Shown piece by piece: positions 1 through 9,348 of a stretch of DNA of 64,000 bases. A program made the translations under genes and the position numbers. The stretch is from an uncultured Haloferula sp. (lineage in GTDB: Bacteria > Verrucomicrobiota > Verrucomicrobiia > Verrucomicrobiales > Akkermansiaceae): NCBI GenBank assembly GCA_965652295.1, contig CBFGTS010000018.1, positions 25,882-89,881 on the forward strand, in the 5' to 3' direction. A model generated the notes under the pieces. It had not been told where the DNA came from. It was given only the letters and a program-made list of their open reading frames with translations, and ran no database searches. Every line of letters starts with the position of its first letter. Positions within the stretch are counted from its first letter, which is position 1.

Positions 1-350
1 GTGGCGCTGATGCGTTCGGCCCGGCCCTGCACGATGACCTGACGCTCCAAGGTGATCCATGGGAACAGCAGTGAAACCCGCGGGTTCGCCGCGATGTGCC
101 GGGCTTTCCGGCTCTCGTAGTTGGTGAAGAACACAAATCCCGAGGCGTCGAAGTATTTCAGCAGCACCGTCCGCTGCAGGGGCATCCCGTCCGGACTCAC
201 GGTGGCCAGGGACATCGCGTTGGGCTCGTGCAGGCCCAGCTCGACCGCTTGTTTGAACCACGTCTCGAATTGTCGCATCGGCTCTTCGGACAAATCCTCC
301 CGGTGAAGCCCGCGGGCGGAGTATTCTCGACGGAAATCGGACAGGTCCAT
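1..350 (-). CDS. pdxH: Pyridoxamine 5'-phosphate oxidase, 5' part (runs off the left edge)
   Basis: Manual translation from ATG at 350: MDLSDFRREYSARGL...EPNAMSLATV...RTVLLKYFD..GFVFFTNYESRKA...PRVSLLFPW..LERQV, the PdxH signature. Not in the ORF track because it is truncated. Confidence 0.93.
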   Translation of the reverse strand, partial: MDLSDFRREYSARGLHREDLSEEPMRQFETWFKQAVELGLHEPNAMSLATVSPDGMPLQRTVLLKYFDASGFVFFTNYESRKARHIAANPRVSLLFPWITLERQVIVQGRAERISA

Positions 351-410
351 GCCCGACCAAAGCCGGTTTCCTGCTCCGATCCAGCCGGAAAGCCCGTCAG
401 CTGCAAACGA

Positions 411-445
411 ATCGGACGGTTCCGGCAGAACCGGAACCGCCCGAT
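411..445 (-). terminator. Stem-loop downstream of the lamin-tail gene, possible terminator
   Basis: ATCGGaCGGTTCCGG-cagaa-CCGGAACCGcCCGAT inverted repeat about 30 nt after the stop; U tract is weak. Confidence 0.5.
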
Positions 446-474
446 CAGTCAATGACGCAGCAGCCGCAAGAGAG

Positions 475-3165
475 TCAGTTTTGGGTCACCTTGAGACGGG
501 CGAAGAGGCGCGCTTCGGCGGTTGGCAGGGTGAAGGAAATGACGGTCGAGTCGTTGAGATCCGGCGTCACCACTTCCCAAGGATCGGCGATGCCGAGGTC
601 GGTCGAGGTCTCGATTTCGTAGGTGATGTCGGTCCGCTGCCCGGCCGTTTTCGCGAAGCTCAGGGTCGAACCGTCGAAGCTTCCCGGTGAGCCGTCCGGG
701 ACCTGGGGATCGAGACCAAGCGCGTATTCCACGAGGTTTGAGATTCCGTCGCCGTCGTCATCGCCATCAGGGCCGAGGGTGACTTCGTTGTCAGTGACCC
801 AGTCGGAGTAGCCGCCGCCGGAGGTGCCGGTGGGCGTCGCTTGTCCCGGCGAACCGACATCCGTGGTGGCAAACACCGGCCCGGTGGGACTGAAGGATTC
901 GGCCCCGGAGAGGATCCAATGGGTGCCGAGGTCGTTGTCGCTCGAGTTCATGGCCGAAGCAAGAAGGGCGGTGCTTCCCGCTCCGTCGTCCGCTGGCCAG
1001 ATCGTGCCGTCGTCGTCCAGATCGACGATGTCGACCACGCGGGAAAAGCCATCGAGAATCTGGATCACTTCGTTTCCAATCCCCGGGCTGTTGGACAGGT
1101 TGCCCCAATCCACTCCGATCACGAGGGCGTCCGCCGGAACTCCCCACTCGGAGCGGAAGGTCGTATCGTCGGTGAAGGTGCCATCGAAAATCACCGCAAA
1201 CTGTCCGGCGGGAAGACTTCCGCTGCCGATGGTTCCCCAGTCGGTGGTGTCTTCGTCATCGAGCTTGTAGCCCGAGAGATCGACCGTTTCGGATCCGGCA
1301 TTGTAGATCTCGATCCATTCGCCCACACCCGGACTGGATTCGTCCGAGGCGGGGTTGAACATGATCTCGGTGATCACCAGGTTCGCCATCGGCGGCAACA
1401 CGTCGCCATCGTCCTCCACGGTGACCGAGCCCGTGGCGTTCAAGTAGCCCGGAGCCATGGCGGTGATCTCGACCACGACATCGCCGTCCGGAAGGGCGTC
1501 GTCCACGGGGAAAGCATCCACGTTCACCGAAGTTTCACCGGCGGGAAGGGTGACGGGCGTTTCGAGGATCAGGTCGGCTTCGGCCGAACTGGTCAGATGG
1601 ATGATGAGGTCGTCATCCAGCGCGCTCGGGATGCTCAGGGTGAGCGCACCCTCGACGAACGCGGCGTTCTCCAACATGGCGGCCGTATTCACCGTGAGGC
1701 CCAGGTTGTCGGAAATCAGGATGAATGGCGTACCGTCGCTCCGGGTTCCGGGGCTGAAAGAAGCGGCCGCCAACGAGGTGTGCAACACGTAGCCCGAGGA
1801 TGGGTCTCCGTCGGTCGCGAGCGTCAGAGATCCGCCGGCAGAGCTTGCGGTTTGATCGGGGAGAGGCAGCGCGAACACTTCTTGATCGAAGGTGTTCCGG
1901 ATGAAGATGGTATCCGTTCCATTGTCGTTGAGGAAAAGGCCTCCATTGGTCGAGAGCTGGATCGGCGTGGTTCCAAAGCCGGCGGAACTTCCTTCGGAGA
2001 TATCGCCGCCCGCGAAGACCACGATCGCGCCGCCCGGAGGCAGCATGGTATCGGGGGGGAAGAGATGGATTGACCCGAAGGTGTCGAGCATCGTGTAGCC
2101 GGAGAGATCAATCGCAGAAGCCGTCGGGTTGTAGACCTCGATGAACTCATCCAACACCGGCGAGGATGTGTTGGTGACGCCATCGCCGTTGGCGTCCTCC
2201 ATGCTCGCGTCCACCGCGTAGTAAACCTCATGGACCACCACGCTGAATGCGTCGGAGCCGTCATCGGTCACCATCAGAGTGACCGTGACCGGATCAAAGC
2301 CTGCGGCACTCGCGGTGAAGGTGACCGTCTGATCGCCGTCCGGCCACAAGTCGTCCAGCACGTCCACGGAAACCGTTCCACTCGCCTCGCCATCGGCGAG
2401 GGTCACCGTGGGGGATTGCACGACGGCTTCACCGGGGTCGTTGGAGGAGACGTTGACGACGAGATCGCCCGCCGTGCCTCCGAGCCGTTCAATGGTGAGC
2501 GTGGCGACCCCGAAGCCGGCGTTTTCCGCCACTGACGAGGTATCGATGGAGATATCGAGCGATCCCACCAGTCCCAAGGCGTTGAGATAGAATGGATCCG
2601 CGGCATCGGCGGTATCCACATCCGCGTGGGCAATCTGCTGCCAGACCGAGGTGAAGCCGGTGATCGATGTGCCGGCCGTCAGATCGAAGCCCGGATCGTT
2701 GTTCAACCGATAGAACGATGTGTTCGTTCCTTCACTGCCGGTGTTGGTGAATGACAGGGCGTCGACGATGTTGGCGGGATCGACGGAGCCGTTGTAAAGC
2801 ACGATGCTGTCGTTGCCGTTGAAGTTGGCGACGGCTGCGGTGGTATCGCCCACCGCGTAAGCGGGTAACGCCGCTGAGCCATTGGCAATCAGGTAGTGGG
2901 CTCCGGGAGGAAGGCTCACCGAGGTGAGATCCAGGATGGAGTTCGCGGAGGCCGTCGTGGCCGTCTTCCAGTTCTCGGCGGCGGCATTGGTCCAGAGTGT
3001 CAGTTGATACCCTGCAAGTGATACGGTGGAGGCACCGGTGTTCTGAATTTCGATCCATTTGTTATTACTGGTACCTTCGTAATACTGGGTGATGAGAACC
3101 TGACCGATGGAGGGGAGAGGGGTCAGTGCGGCGGCAACGAGGGGAAGCGCGGTTTTCAGATTCAT
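475..3165 (-). CDS. Secreted protein with three lamin-tail-like domains, Calx-beta/Ig-like spacers and a C-terminal DxDxDG module
   Basis: Signal peptide MNLKTALPLVAAALTPLPSIG (start moved from 3243 to 3165). Three repeats of the pattern (L/V)xITE/HEV...E(W/F)IE(I/V)xN...DLSGYxL. Acidic overall. Ends ...DDDGDGISNLVEYALGLDP...ETSTDL...FARLKV. Confidence 0.8.
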   Translation of the reverse strand: MNLKTALPLVAAALTPLPSIGQVLITQYYEGTSNNKWIEIQNTGASTVSLAGYQLTLWTNAAAENWKTATTASANSILDLTSVSLPPGAHYLIANGSAALPAYAVGDTTAAVANFNGNDSIVLYNGSVDPANIVDALSFTNTGSEGTNTSFYRLNNDPGFDLTAGTSITGFTSVWQQIAHADVDTADAADPFYLNALGLVGSLDISIDTSSVAENAGFGVATLTIERLGGTAGDLVVNVSSNDPGEAVVQSPTVTLADGEASGTVSVDVLDDLWPDGDQTVTFTASAAGFDPVTVTLMVTDDGSDAFSVVVHEVYYAVDASMEDANGDGVTNTSSPVLDEFIEVYNPTASAIDLSGYTMLDTFGSIHLFPPDTMLPPGGAIVVFAGGDISEGSSAGFGTTPIQLSTNGGLFLNDNGTDTIFIRNTFDQEVFALPLPDQTASSAGGSLTLATDGDPSSGYVLHTSLAAASFSPGTRSDGTPFILISDNLGLTVNTAAMLENAAFVEGALTLSIPSALDDDLIIHLTSSAEADLILETPVTLPAGETSVNVDAFPVDDALPDGDVVVEITAMAPGYLNATGSVTVEDDGDVLPPMANLVITEIMFNPASDESSPGVGEWIEIYNAGSETVDLSGYKLDDEDTTDWGTIGSGSLPAGQFAVIFDGTFTDDTTFRSEWGVPADALVIGVDWGNLSNSPGIGNEVIQILDGFSRVVDIVDLDDDGTIWPADDGAGSTALLASAMNSSDNDLGTHWILSGAESFSPTGPVFATTDVGSPGQATPTGTSGGGYSDWVTDNEVTLGPDGDDDGDGISNLVEYALGLDPQVPDGSPGSFDGSTLSFAKTAGQRTDITYEIETSTDLGIADPWEVVTPDLNDSTVISFTLPTAEARLFARLKVTQN

Positions 3166-3318
3166 GATCTCGAAAATGGAGATAGGAGCACGAGATGGGC
3201 CAGATGCGTGGGGAGATTCATGCTCAATGCGAGACTTCGTCAAAAGTCACGACTCGTGGCATCTAAAAAACCGTGACCCTCTTGTCACGAAGACTTTGAC
3301 CAGCGAATGATTTCGGTC

Positions 3319-3351
3319 TTGCAATACCTGAATTTTCAGTAAATACTGAAA
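3319..3351 (+). promoter_or_regulatory. Sigma70-like promoter overlapped by a palindromic operator
   Basis: TTGCAA (3319) -17 nt- AATACT (3342). Perfect inverted repeat TTTCAGTA-AA-TACTGAAA at 3334-3351, 5 nt before the regulator ATG. Confidence 0.65.
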
Positions 3352-3356
3352 TCCTA

Positions 3357-3878
3357 ATGAGCGCGGAAGCCGGACGACTGAAGGAAGCACGGGACCAATT
3401 CGTGGCCCAGTGGGGGGCGCTGGGGACGCAGTGGGGGATCAACCGTACGATGGCGCAGATTCACGCGCTGCTGATGGTGACTCCGGGTTCCCTGAGCACG
3501 GACGAGGTGATGGAAGTCCTCGAAATCAGCCGCGGCAACGCCCATACCAACCTGAAGGAGCTGGTGTCATGGGGGCTGCTGAGGATCGTGGTCAGGAAGG
3601 GTGATCGGAAAGAGTATTTCGAAGCGGAGAAAGATGTATGGAAGATCTTCACCACGGTGGCCAGAGAGCGAAAGCGTCGGGAGATCGAGCCTGCTCTCGG
3701 AGTCCTGCGCCAGTGCGCGGAGGAGTCGAAGGAGATGAAGTCGGCCGAAGGAAAGCAATTCCACGAGCAGATGCGACAACTTGAAGAGTTCGTCGGCTTT
3801 GCCTCCAAGGTTGCGGACAAGGTGGGAGGGATGAAGCACGGGTTTGCGGTGCAGCTTGCCGCCAAACTGCTCGGTTGA
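3357..3878 (+). CDS. GbsR/MarR-family winged-HTH transcriptional regulator
   Basis: WGALGTQWGINRTMAQIHALL...ISRGNAHTNLKELVSWGL...GDRKEYFEAEKDVW, typical of the GbsR family. Confidence 0.88.
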   Translation: MSAEAGRLKEARDQFVAQWGALGTQWGINRTMAQIHALLMVTPGSLSTDEVMEVLEISRGNAHTNLKELVSWGLLRIVVRKGDRKEYFEAEKDVWKIFTTVARERKRREIEPALGVLRQCAEESKEMKSAEGKQFHEQMRQLEEFVGFASKVADKVGGMKHGFAVQLAAKLLG

Positions 3879-3936
3879 AGGGGATCGGATCTGATGAACT
3901 TATGAAACTCGTGAATAGGCATGAAAGGAGCTGCGG

Positions 3937-4947
3937 ATGAACCGAGGCAATGTGGTGATTTTCGGGGCGAATGGGTTTCTCGGGCGCTACTTGGTCCGGC
4001 ATTATGTGGATCAGGGCCGCGAGGTGGTGGCAGTGGCGCGGCGTGGGGACGGGATCGACCGCCGGGCCATGTGGCTGCCGTGGGATGGCCGGAATCCCGG
4101 CCCGTGGGCGCTGGCCCTGGAGGGTGCGGATCTGGTGATCAATCTCGCCGGGCGTTCGGTGAACTGCCGCTATGATGAGGAGAATCGTAGCGAGATTCTC
4201 AGCTCAAGGGTGATGTCGACCAGGATCATCGGCGAGGCGATCGTGGCCTGCGCCGTGCCGCCGCGGGTGTGGATGAACGCCAGCACGGCGACATGGTATC
4301 GCCATGCGGAGGACCACCCACAGGACGAGTGGCAGGGCGAATCGGGCGAGGGTTTCTCGGTGGAGGTGGCCCGTGCGTGGGAGGAGGCGTTTTTCGCCGC
4401 CAAGGTCCCGGGCGCGGTGCGCAAGGTGGCACTACGAACCGCGATGGTGCTGGCGTGGGAACCGGAGACGGTGCTGGATGTCTTGCGCAGCCTGACCCGC
4501 CGGGGGCTCGGCGGTCGGATGGGTGGAGGTCGCCAGCGGGTTTCGTGGATCCACATGGAGGATTTCATCGGAGCGGTGGAGTTTCTTGAGGAGCGGATCC
4601 TTGCGGACGGAGTGTTCAACCTGACCGCGCCGGATCACCCGACGAACGCGGGACTGATGGCGGCACTGCGCGACGAACTCTCGGTCCCGGTAGGCTTGCC
4701 GGCGTATCACTGGATGCTGGAAGTCGGGGCGTGGGCGATGCGAACGGAAACCGAGCTGGTGTTGAAGAGCCGCTGGGCGTATCCGACGCGTCTGGAAGAG
4801 GAGGGATACCTGTTCCGTTGGCCGCGGGTGGAGCCGGCGCTCGCGGACCTGCTGGCCCGGAAGGGGGTCGAGGGATTCTTTTCGGGTTCCAAGACCCGCA
4901 GCAAGGGTCATACGGCGTGGGTGCCGGGTCGCCGCGCGGAGGCCTGA
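3937..4947 (+). CDS. NAD-dependent epimerase/SDR, TIGR01777-like
   Basis: GANGFLG Rossmann motif; VINLAGRSVNCRY; GGRMGGGRQRVSWIH; SD-like AAAGGAG upstream. Confidence 0.88.
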   Translation: MNRGNVVIFGANGFLGRYLVRHYVDQGREVVAVARRGDGIDRRAMWLPWDGRNPGPWALALEGADLVINLAGRSVNCRYDEENRSEILSSRVMSTRIIGEAIVACAVPPRVWMNASTATWYRHAEDHPQDEWQGESGEGFSVEVARAWEEAFFAAKVPGAVRKVALRTAMVLAWEPETVLDVLRSLTRRGLGGRMGGGRQRVSWIHMEDFIGAVEFLEERILADGVFNLTAPDHPTNAGLMAALRDELSVPVGLPAYHWMLEVGAWAMRTETELVLKSRWAYPTRLEEEGYLFRWPRVEPALADLLARKGVEGFFSGSKTRSKGHTAWVPGRRAEA

Positions 4948-4976
4948 TGAAATCTTTGCGAAGTGGAAGGATTCCT

Positions 4977-5005
4977 TTGTCACCCGGTCGCGGGCCGACT
5001 AGAAT
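4977..5005 (+). promoter_or_regulatory. Sigma70-like promoter
   Basis: TTGTCA -17 nt- TAGAAT, 12 nt upstream of ATG 5018. Confidence 0.7.
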
Positions 5006-5017
5006 TCGCCGAGGAAG

Positions 5018-6316
5018 ATGACGCCCAGCAACCCTTCGACCCGCCGACCCCGCGCCGCCCAGGTGCTGGTGATGTTGGCTTCGCTGGTGTTGCTCATCGC
5101 GGGATTGAAGGCGGCGCAGGGTTTCATCGTGCCGGTGCTGCTGGCGTTTTTCATCGCGACGGTGAGTTTCCCGATCACCAACTGGCTGCGTCAACGGGGC
5201 GTGCCGCGGTCGCTGGCGGTGATGCTCACGGTGCTCGTGGATTTCGCGTTTTTGGCGGGAATTATCATTTTCGCCCTTTCGGTGGTGAGCGAATTGCAGT
5301 CCCGCTGGAATTCGTACTATGGTCCTCTGACCATCAACAAGCTGGAGCAAGCGGTGGATTCCTTTGCCGACACGGAGGACCGGTTGCGGAACTGGTGGCA
5401 GGCGCGGCCAGCATCGACGGATGCTCCGATCCCGGTGGAGGAGGGACCCAGCGACGATGAACTTGCGTCCGCACCACGGGCGACCGTGATTGAACCGCCT
5501 GCGGGTCAGCCATTGGAGGAGGAACCACGGGTCGCCCGCACCGCCGAGCTGATGGTTGGTCAAATCAAGGACATCCAGGTTTCCCAGATCTGGAACCTCG
5601 GCACCGGCGTGTTGGGAACGATGGTGAGCTTTCTCGGCACCACGGTGCTGGTGATCATCCTGACGGTCTTCATGCTCACCGAGGCCCGGATGTTTGGTCG
5701 TCGGATGGACGCGATCTGCGAGGCACGCGGGCCGAACATCCAGCGGATGCTCACCGCGCTGCGCGACACGCAGCGCTATCTGGGCATCAAGACGGCGATC
5801 AGCTTGGTCACCGGCCTCATGGCGGGCACCTTGTGCTGGGCGGCGGGAATCGACTTCTGGCCGCTGTGGGGAATCCTCGCCTTCGCGCTGAACTACATCC
5901 CGGTGGTCGGCTCGGTGATCGCTGGAGTGCCGCCGACTTTGCTGGCGCTTCTGGTTTCCGGTCCACCTCACGCTGTGGCGGTGATGGGGGGCTATCTGCT
6001 GATCAACACCTTCCTCGGTAACGTGCTGGAGCCGATGCTGATGGGCCGTCGCTTCGGTCTTTCGACGCTGGTGGTGCTGGTTTCCGTGATTTTCTGGGGC
6101 TGGCTGTGGGGTCCGATCGGGATGCTGCTGGCCGTGCCGCTCACCATGGTGGTGAAGGTGCTGTTGGATAACAGCGAAGAGTTCCGCTGGATCGCGGTGG
6201 CGATCGGCAAGGAAGGGCGCCGTCCCGCAGAAGAGACGCGCATCCTGACCGAGGGGGCGAAGGAGAAGGCGGACGAGGTGACGGTGGACACGGCGGAAGC
6301 CGCGGGCCGTTCCTGA
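5018..6316 (+). CDS. AI-2E family transporter
   Basis: Multi-TM; RYLGIKT, WGILAFALNYIPVVGS, GNVLEPMLMGRRFGLS, FWGWLWGPIGMLLAVPLT. Confidence 0.9.
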   Translation: MTPSNPSTRRPRAAQVLVMLASLVLLIAGLKAAQGFIVPVLLAFFIATVSFPITNWLRQRGVPRSLAVMLTVLVDFAFLAGIIIFALSVVSELQSRWNSYYGPLTINKLEQAVDSFADTEDRLRNWWQARPASTDAPIPVEEGPSDDELASAPRATVIEPPAGQPLEEEPRVARTAELMVGQIKDIQVSQIWNLGTGVLGTMVSFLGTTVLVIILTVFMLTEARMFGRRMDAICEARGPNIQRMLTALRDTQRYLGIKTAISLVTGLMAGTLCWAAGIDFWPLWGILAFALNYIPVVGSVIAGVPPTLLALLVSGPPHAVAVMGGYLLINTFLGNVLEPMLMGRRFGLSTLVVLVSVIFWGWLWGPIGMLLAVPLTMVVKVLLDNSEEFRWIAVAIGKEGRRPAEETRILTEGAKEKADEVTVDTAEAAGRS

Positions 6317-6386
6317 ACCGCGGGGGGATTAACCCAAGAGGGGACTTGGCGGTTCCGGATTCGGCTGATAGATCGGTCGGAATCCC

Positions 6387-6671
6387 ATGACTAACGAGCG
6401 AAACCTGCCCGACGACGCGGCGAAGAAACGATACTGGAGAAAGAACCTGCAGTGGCTGGGCGGACTCCTCACGGTTTGGTTCCTGGTTTCCTACGGCTGC
6501 GGGATTCTTTTCGTCGATCAGCTCGACAAGGTCCGGATCCCGGGCACCGGCTTCAAGCTGGGCTTCTGGTTCGCGCAGCAGGGCAGCATCGTGGTCTTCG
6601 TCCTGTTGATCGCCGTGTATGTGAAGGTGATGGACCGGCTCGACCGCGAGCTTCTCGGCGAAAACGACTGA
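6387..6671 (+). CDS. DUF4212-type small partner subunit of a sodium:solute symporter
   Basis: YWRKNL...WFLVSYG...GFKLGFWFAQQGSI...MDRLD; lies directly upstream of the symporter gene. Confidence 0.88.
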   Translation: MTNERNLPDDAAKKRYWRKNLQWLGGLLTVWFLVSYGCGILFVDQLDKVRIPGTGFKLGFWFAQQGSIVVFVLLIAVYVKVMDRLDRELLGEND

Positions 6672-6681
6672 TCCCGGAATC

Positions 6682-8496
6682 ATGGACGTCAAACTTTGGA
6701 CCTGGATCCTCGTCGGAATCTCCTTCGCCATCTACATCGGCATCGCCATCTGGTCGCGTGCGGGTTCGACCAAGGACTTCTACGTCGCGGGTGGTGGCGT
6801 GCCGAGCATTGCCAACGGCATGGCCACCGGTGCCGACTGGATGAGCGCGGCTTCGTTTCTCGGCATGGCCGGCCTGATTTCCTCGATGGGCCGCGACGGT
6901 TCCGTCTACCTGATGGGATGGACCGGTGGATACGTGCTGCTGGCGCTACTGTTGGCGCCGTACTTGCGTCGGTTCGGAAAGTTCACGGTGCCGGATTTCA
7001 TCGGCGACCGGTATTACTCGAACACCGCGCGGGTGGTGGCGGTGGTCTGCGCGATCTTCGTTTCCTTCACCTATGTGGCGGGACAGATGCGCGGGGTGGG
7101 GATCGTCTTTTCGCGCTTCCTCGACGTCGACATCAACACCGGCGTGGTGGCTGGCATGGCGATCGTCTTCTTCTACGCCGTTCTCGGCGGGATGAAAGGA
7201 ATCACCTACACCCAGGTGGCGCAGTACTGTGTGCTGATCTTCGCCTTCATGGTCCCGGCGATTTTCATTTCCCTGATGCTCACGAATCATCCGCTGCCCC
7301 AGACCGGGCTCGGCGCGACCACGACGGATGGCACCTACCTGCTCGACAAGCTCGATGGCTTGCAGGAGCAGCTCGGTTTCGCCGCCTACACGGAGGGCCA
7401 CAAGCCGATGATCGACGTGTTCGCGATCGCGTTGACGCTGATGGTGGGGACCGCCGGACTACCGCACGTCATCGTGAGGTTCTACACCGTGAAGAAGGTC
7501 AGCGACGCGAGGAAGTCGGCTTTCTGGGCCCTGCTTTTCATTGCGATCCTCTACACCACGGCACCGGCGGTCTCGGTGTTCGCCCGGACGAACCTGTTGG
7601 AGACCATTCCGGGCAAAGCATACGCCGGTGTGCCGTCGTGGTTCAAAAACTGGGAGGACGCAGGTTTGATCGCGTGGCTCGACAAGAACGGCGATGGGAA
7701 CATCCAGTATGACGGCAGCGGCGATCCTTTCGCGAAGGCAGAAGGTGCTCCGAAGCTCACCCCGGAGTTCGCTGAGGGGCAGACCGGGCCGTCCGGTGAA
7801 CGCTTGGTGACGAACGCCCCCACGCCCTCGACGAACGAGCTCTACATCGATGCCGACATCATTGTGCTGGCCAATCCCGAGATCGCGCGGCTCCCGAATT
7901 GGGTGATCGGTCTGGTGGCGGCGGGCGGCCTGGCGGCGGCGCTTTCGACGGCGGCCGGTCTGCTGTTGGTGATCTCGACTTCGGTCGCGCACGATCTGGT
8001 GAAGCGGACGCTCAATCCGTCCATTTCCGAGAAACAGGAGTTGATGGTTGCTCGTGCCGCTGCTGGCGTGGCGGTCTGCGTGGCCGGTTACTTCGGGATC
8101 AAGCCACCCGGCTTCGTCGCGCAAGTCGTGGCTTTCGCCTTCGGTCTCGCGGCTTCATCCTTCTTCCCCGCGATCATCCTCGGGATTTTCTGGAAACGTG
8201 CCACGCGTGAGGGCGCGGTGGCGGGCATGGTCATCGGGCTGCTCTTCACGGCGCTCTACATCAGCTACTTCAAATTCGGCCTCCCGGGCATCGGGCAGGG
8301 CACGCCGGACGAATTCTGGTTCGGCATTTCACCGGAAGGCATCGGCATGCTGGGCATGGTGCTGAATTTCGTCATCACGATCGGCGTTTCTTTGGCCACT
8401 CGCGTGCCACCGGAGGAGGTCCGCGATCTCGTCGAGCGGGTGCGGTTGCCCCGCGCCGCCTTCGGCGAAGAAGACAGCGGGCCGGTGGAGCACTGA
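6682..8496 (+). CDS. Sodium:solute symporter (ActP-like)
   Basis: DFYVAG, NGMATGADWMSAASF, GKFTVPDFIGDRY, GGMKGITYTQVAQY, GTAGLPHVIVRFYT; loop containing DKNGDG. Confidence 0.92.
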   Translation: MDVKLWTWILVGISFAIYIGIAIWSRAGSTKDFYVAGGGVPSIANGMATGADWMSAASFLGMAGLISSMGRDGSVYLMGWTGGYVLLALLLAPYLRRFGKFTVPDFIGDRYYSNTARVVAVVCAIFVSFTYVAGQMRGVGIVFSRFLDVDINTGVVAGMAIVFFYAVLGGMKGITYTQVAQYCVLIFAFMVPAIFISLMLTNHPLPQTGLGATTTDGTYLLDKLDGLQEQLGFAAYTEGHKPMIDVFAIALTLMVGTAGLPHVIVRFYTVKKVSDARKSAFWALLFIAILYTTAPAVSVFARTNLLETIPGKAYAGVPSWFKNWEDAGLIAWLDKNGDGNIQYDGSGDPFAKAEGAPKLTPEFAEGQTGPSGERLVTNAPTPSTNELYIDADIIVLANPEIARLPNWVIGLVAAGGLAAALSTAAGLLLVISTSVAHDLVKRTLNPSISEKQELMVARAAAGVAVCVAGYFGIKPPGFVAQVVAFAFGLAASSFFPAIILGIFWKRATREGAVAGMVIGLLFTALYISYFKFGLPGIGQGTPDEFWFGISPEGIGMLGMVLNFVITIGVSLATRVPPEEVRDLVERVRLPRAAFGEEDSGPVEH

Positions 8497-8541
8497 TCTT
8501 GCAGGGCCACGGAACGGGGAGCCGGCGCTCCGGCACGGGCG

Positions 8542-8994
8542 TCACTCCCGGCTCTTCGAGTCGATGACGATCGTCACCGGTCCGTCGTTGACGAGGGCGA
8601 CCTTCATGTCGCCGCCGAAGACGCCGCGGCCAATGGGGTGGCCGAGTTCCGACTCCAGCACCTCGCAGAACCTCTCGTAGAGCGGCTCGGCGAGGTCGGG
8701 CGCGGCCGCCCGGATGAAGGATGGCCTGTTTCCCTTGCGGGTGGAAGCGTGGAGGGTGAACTGACTGACGGCGATCACCCCGCCACCCGTGTCCGCGACG
8801 GAGCGGTTCATGAGCCCGGCTTCATCGGGAAAAATCCGCATGCGGGCGACCTTGCCGACGAGCCATTGGAGGTCTTCTTCGGTGTCGGAGGGCTCGATCC
8901 CCACGAGAATCATCAGTCCGGCGGCGATCTCCGAGACCCGGACACCGTCCACCGTGACGCTGGCTTCGGCCACCCGTTGCAGGACGAGACGCAT
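8542..8994 (-). CDS. dtd: D-aminoacyl-tRNA deacylase
   Basis: [25 protein letters not shown]. Confidence 0.95.
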   Translation of the reverse strand: MRLVLQRVAEASVTVDGVRVSEIAAGLMILVGIEPSDTEEDLQWLVGKVARMRIFPDEAGLMNRSVADTGGGVIAVSQFTLHASTRKGNRPSFIRAAAPDLAEPLYERFCEVLESELGHPIGRGVFGGDMKVALVNDGPVTIVIDSKSRE

Positions 8995-9348
8995 CTAATA
9001 ACGGGGAACCGAGGGGTCGATTTCCACCGACCATCGATCAATGCCGCCGGTCATGGAAAAGCTTCGGGTCACCCCTCGCGAACGGAGGAAGCCGGTGGCT
9101 CGCAGCGAGCGCATGCCGTGGTGGCAGTAGACGAGGCAGGGAAGCCCGGAGGCGATCGCGTCGGACGCGGCCTCCGCGAAGTCTGAAAGCGGCACCAGGC
9201 GGGCTCCGGGAAGGTGGGCGATGGCCCACTCGTCCGGCTCCCGGCAATCGATCAGCAGGACCTGACCGGCTCCGATCTCGGCCGCCAGTGAGGCCACCGC
9301 GGAGGGCTCGATCTCCAGCGTGGCGGTGGGTTCCGGGAGCGTCATCAT
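8995..9348 (-). CDS. Rhodanese-like single-domain protein
   Basis: LIDCREPDEW, YCHHGMRS, GGIDRWS..IDPSVPRY. Start at 9348 overlaps the upstream stop (ATGA). Confidence 0.88.
   Translation of the reverse strand: MMTLPEPTATLEIEPSAVASLAAEIGAGQVLLIDCREPDEWAIAHLPGARLVPLSDFAEAASDAIASGLPCLVYCHHGMRSLRATGFLRSRGVTRSFSMTGGIDRWSVEIDPSVPRY

Noticed and set aside
4616..5971. 451-aa minus-strand ORF and similar long Arg/Pro-rich ORFs (841-2073, 47479-48792, 50240-51547, 57095-58411)
   Set aside because: They overlap well-supported genes on the opposite strand and have the composition of off-frame translations.
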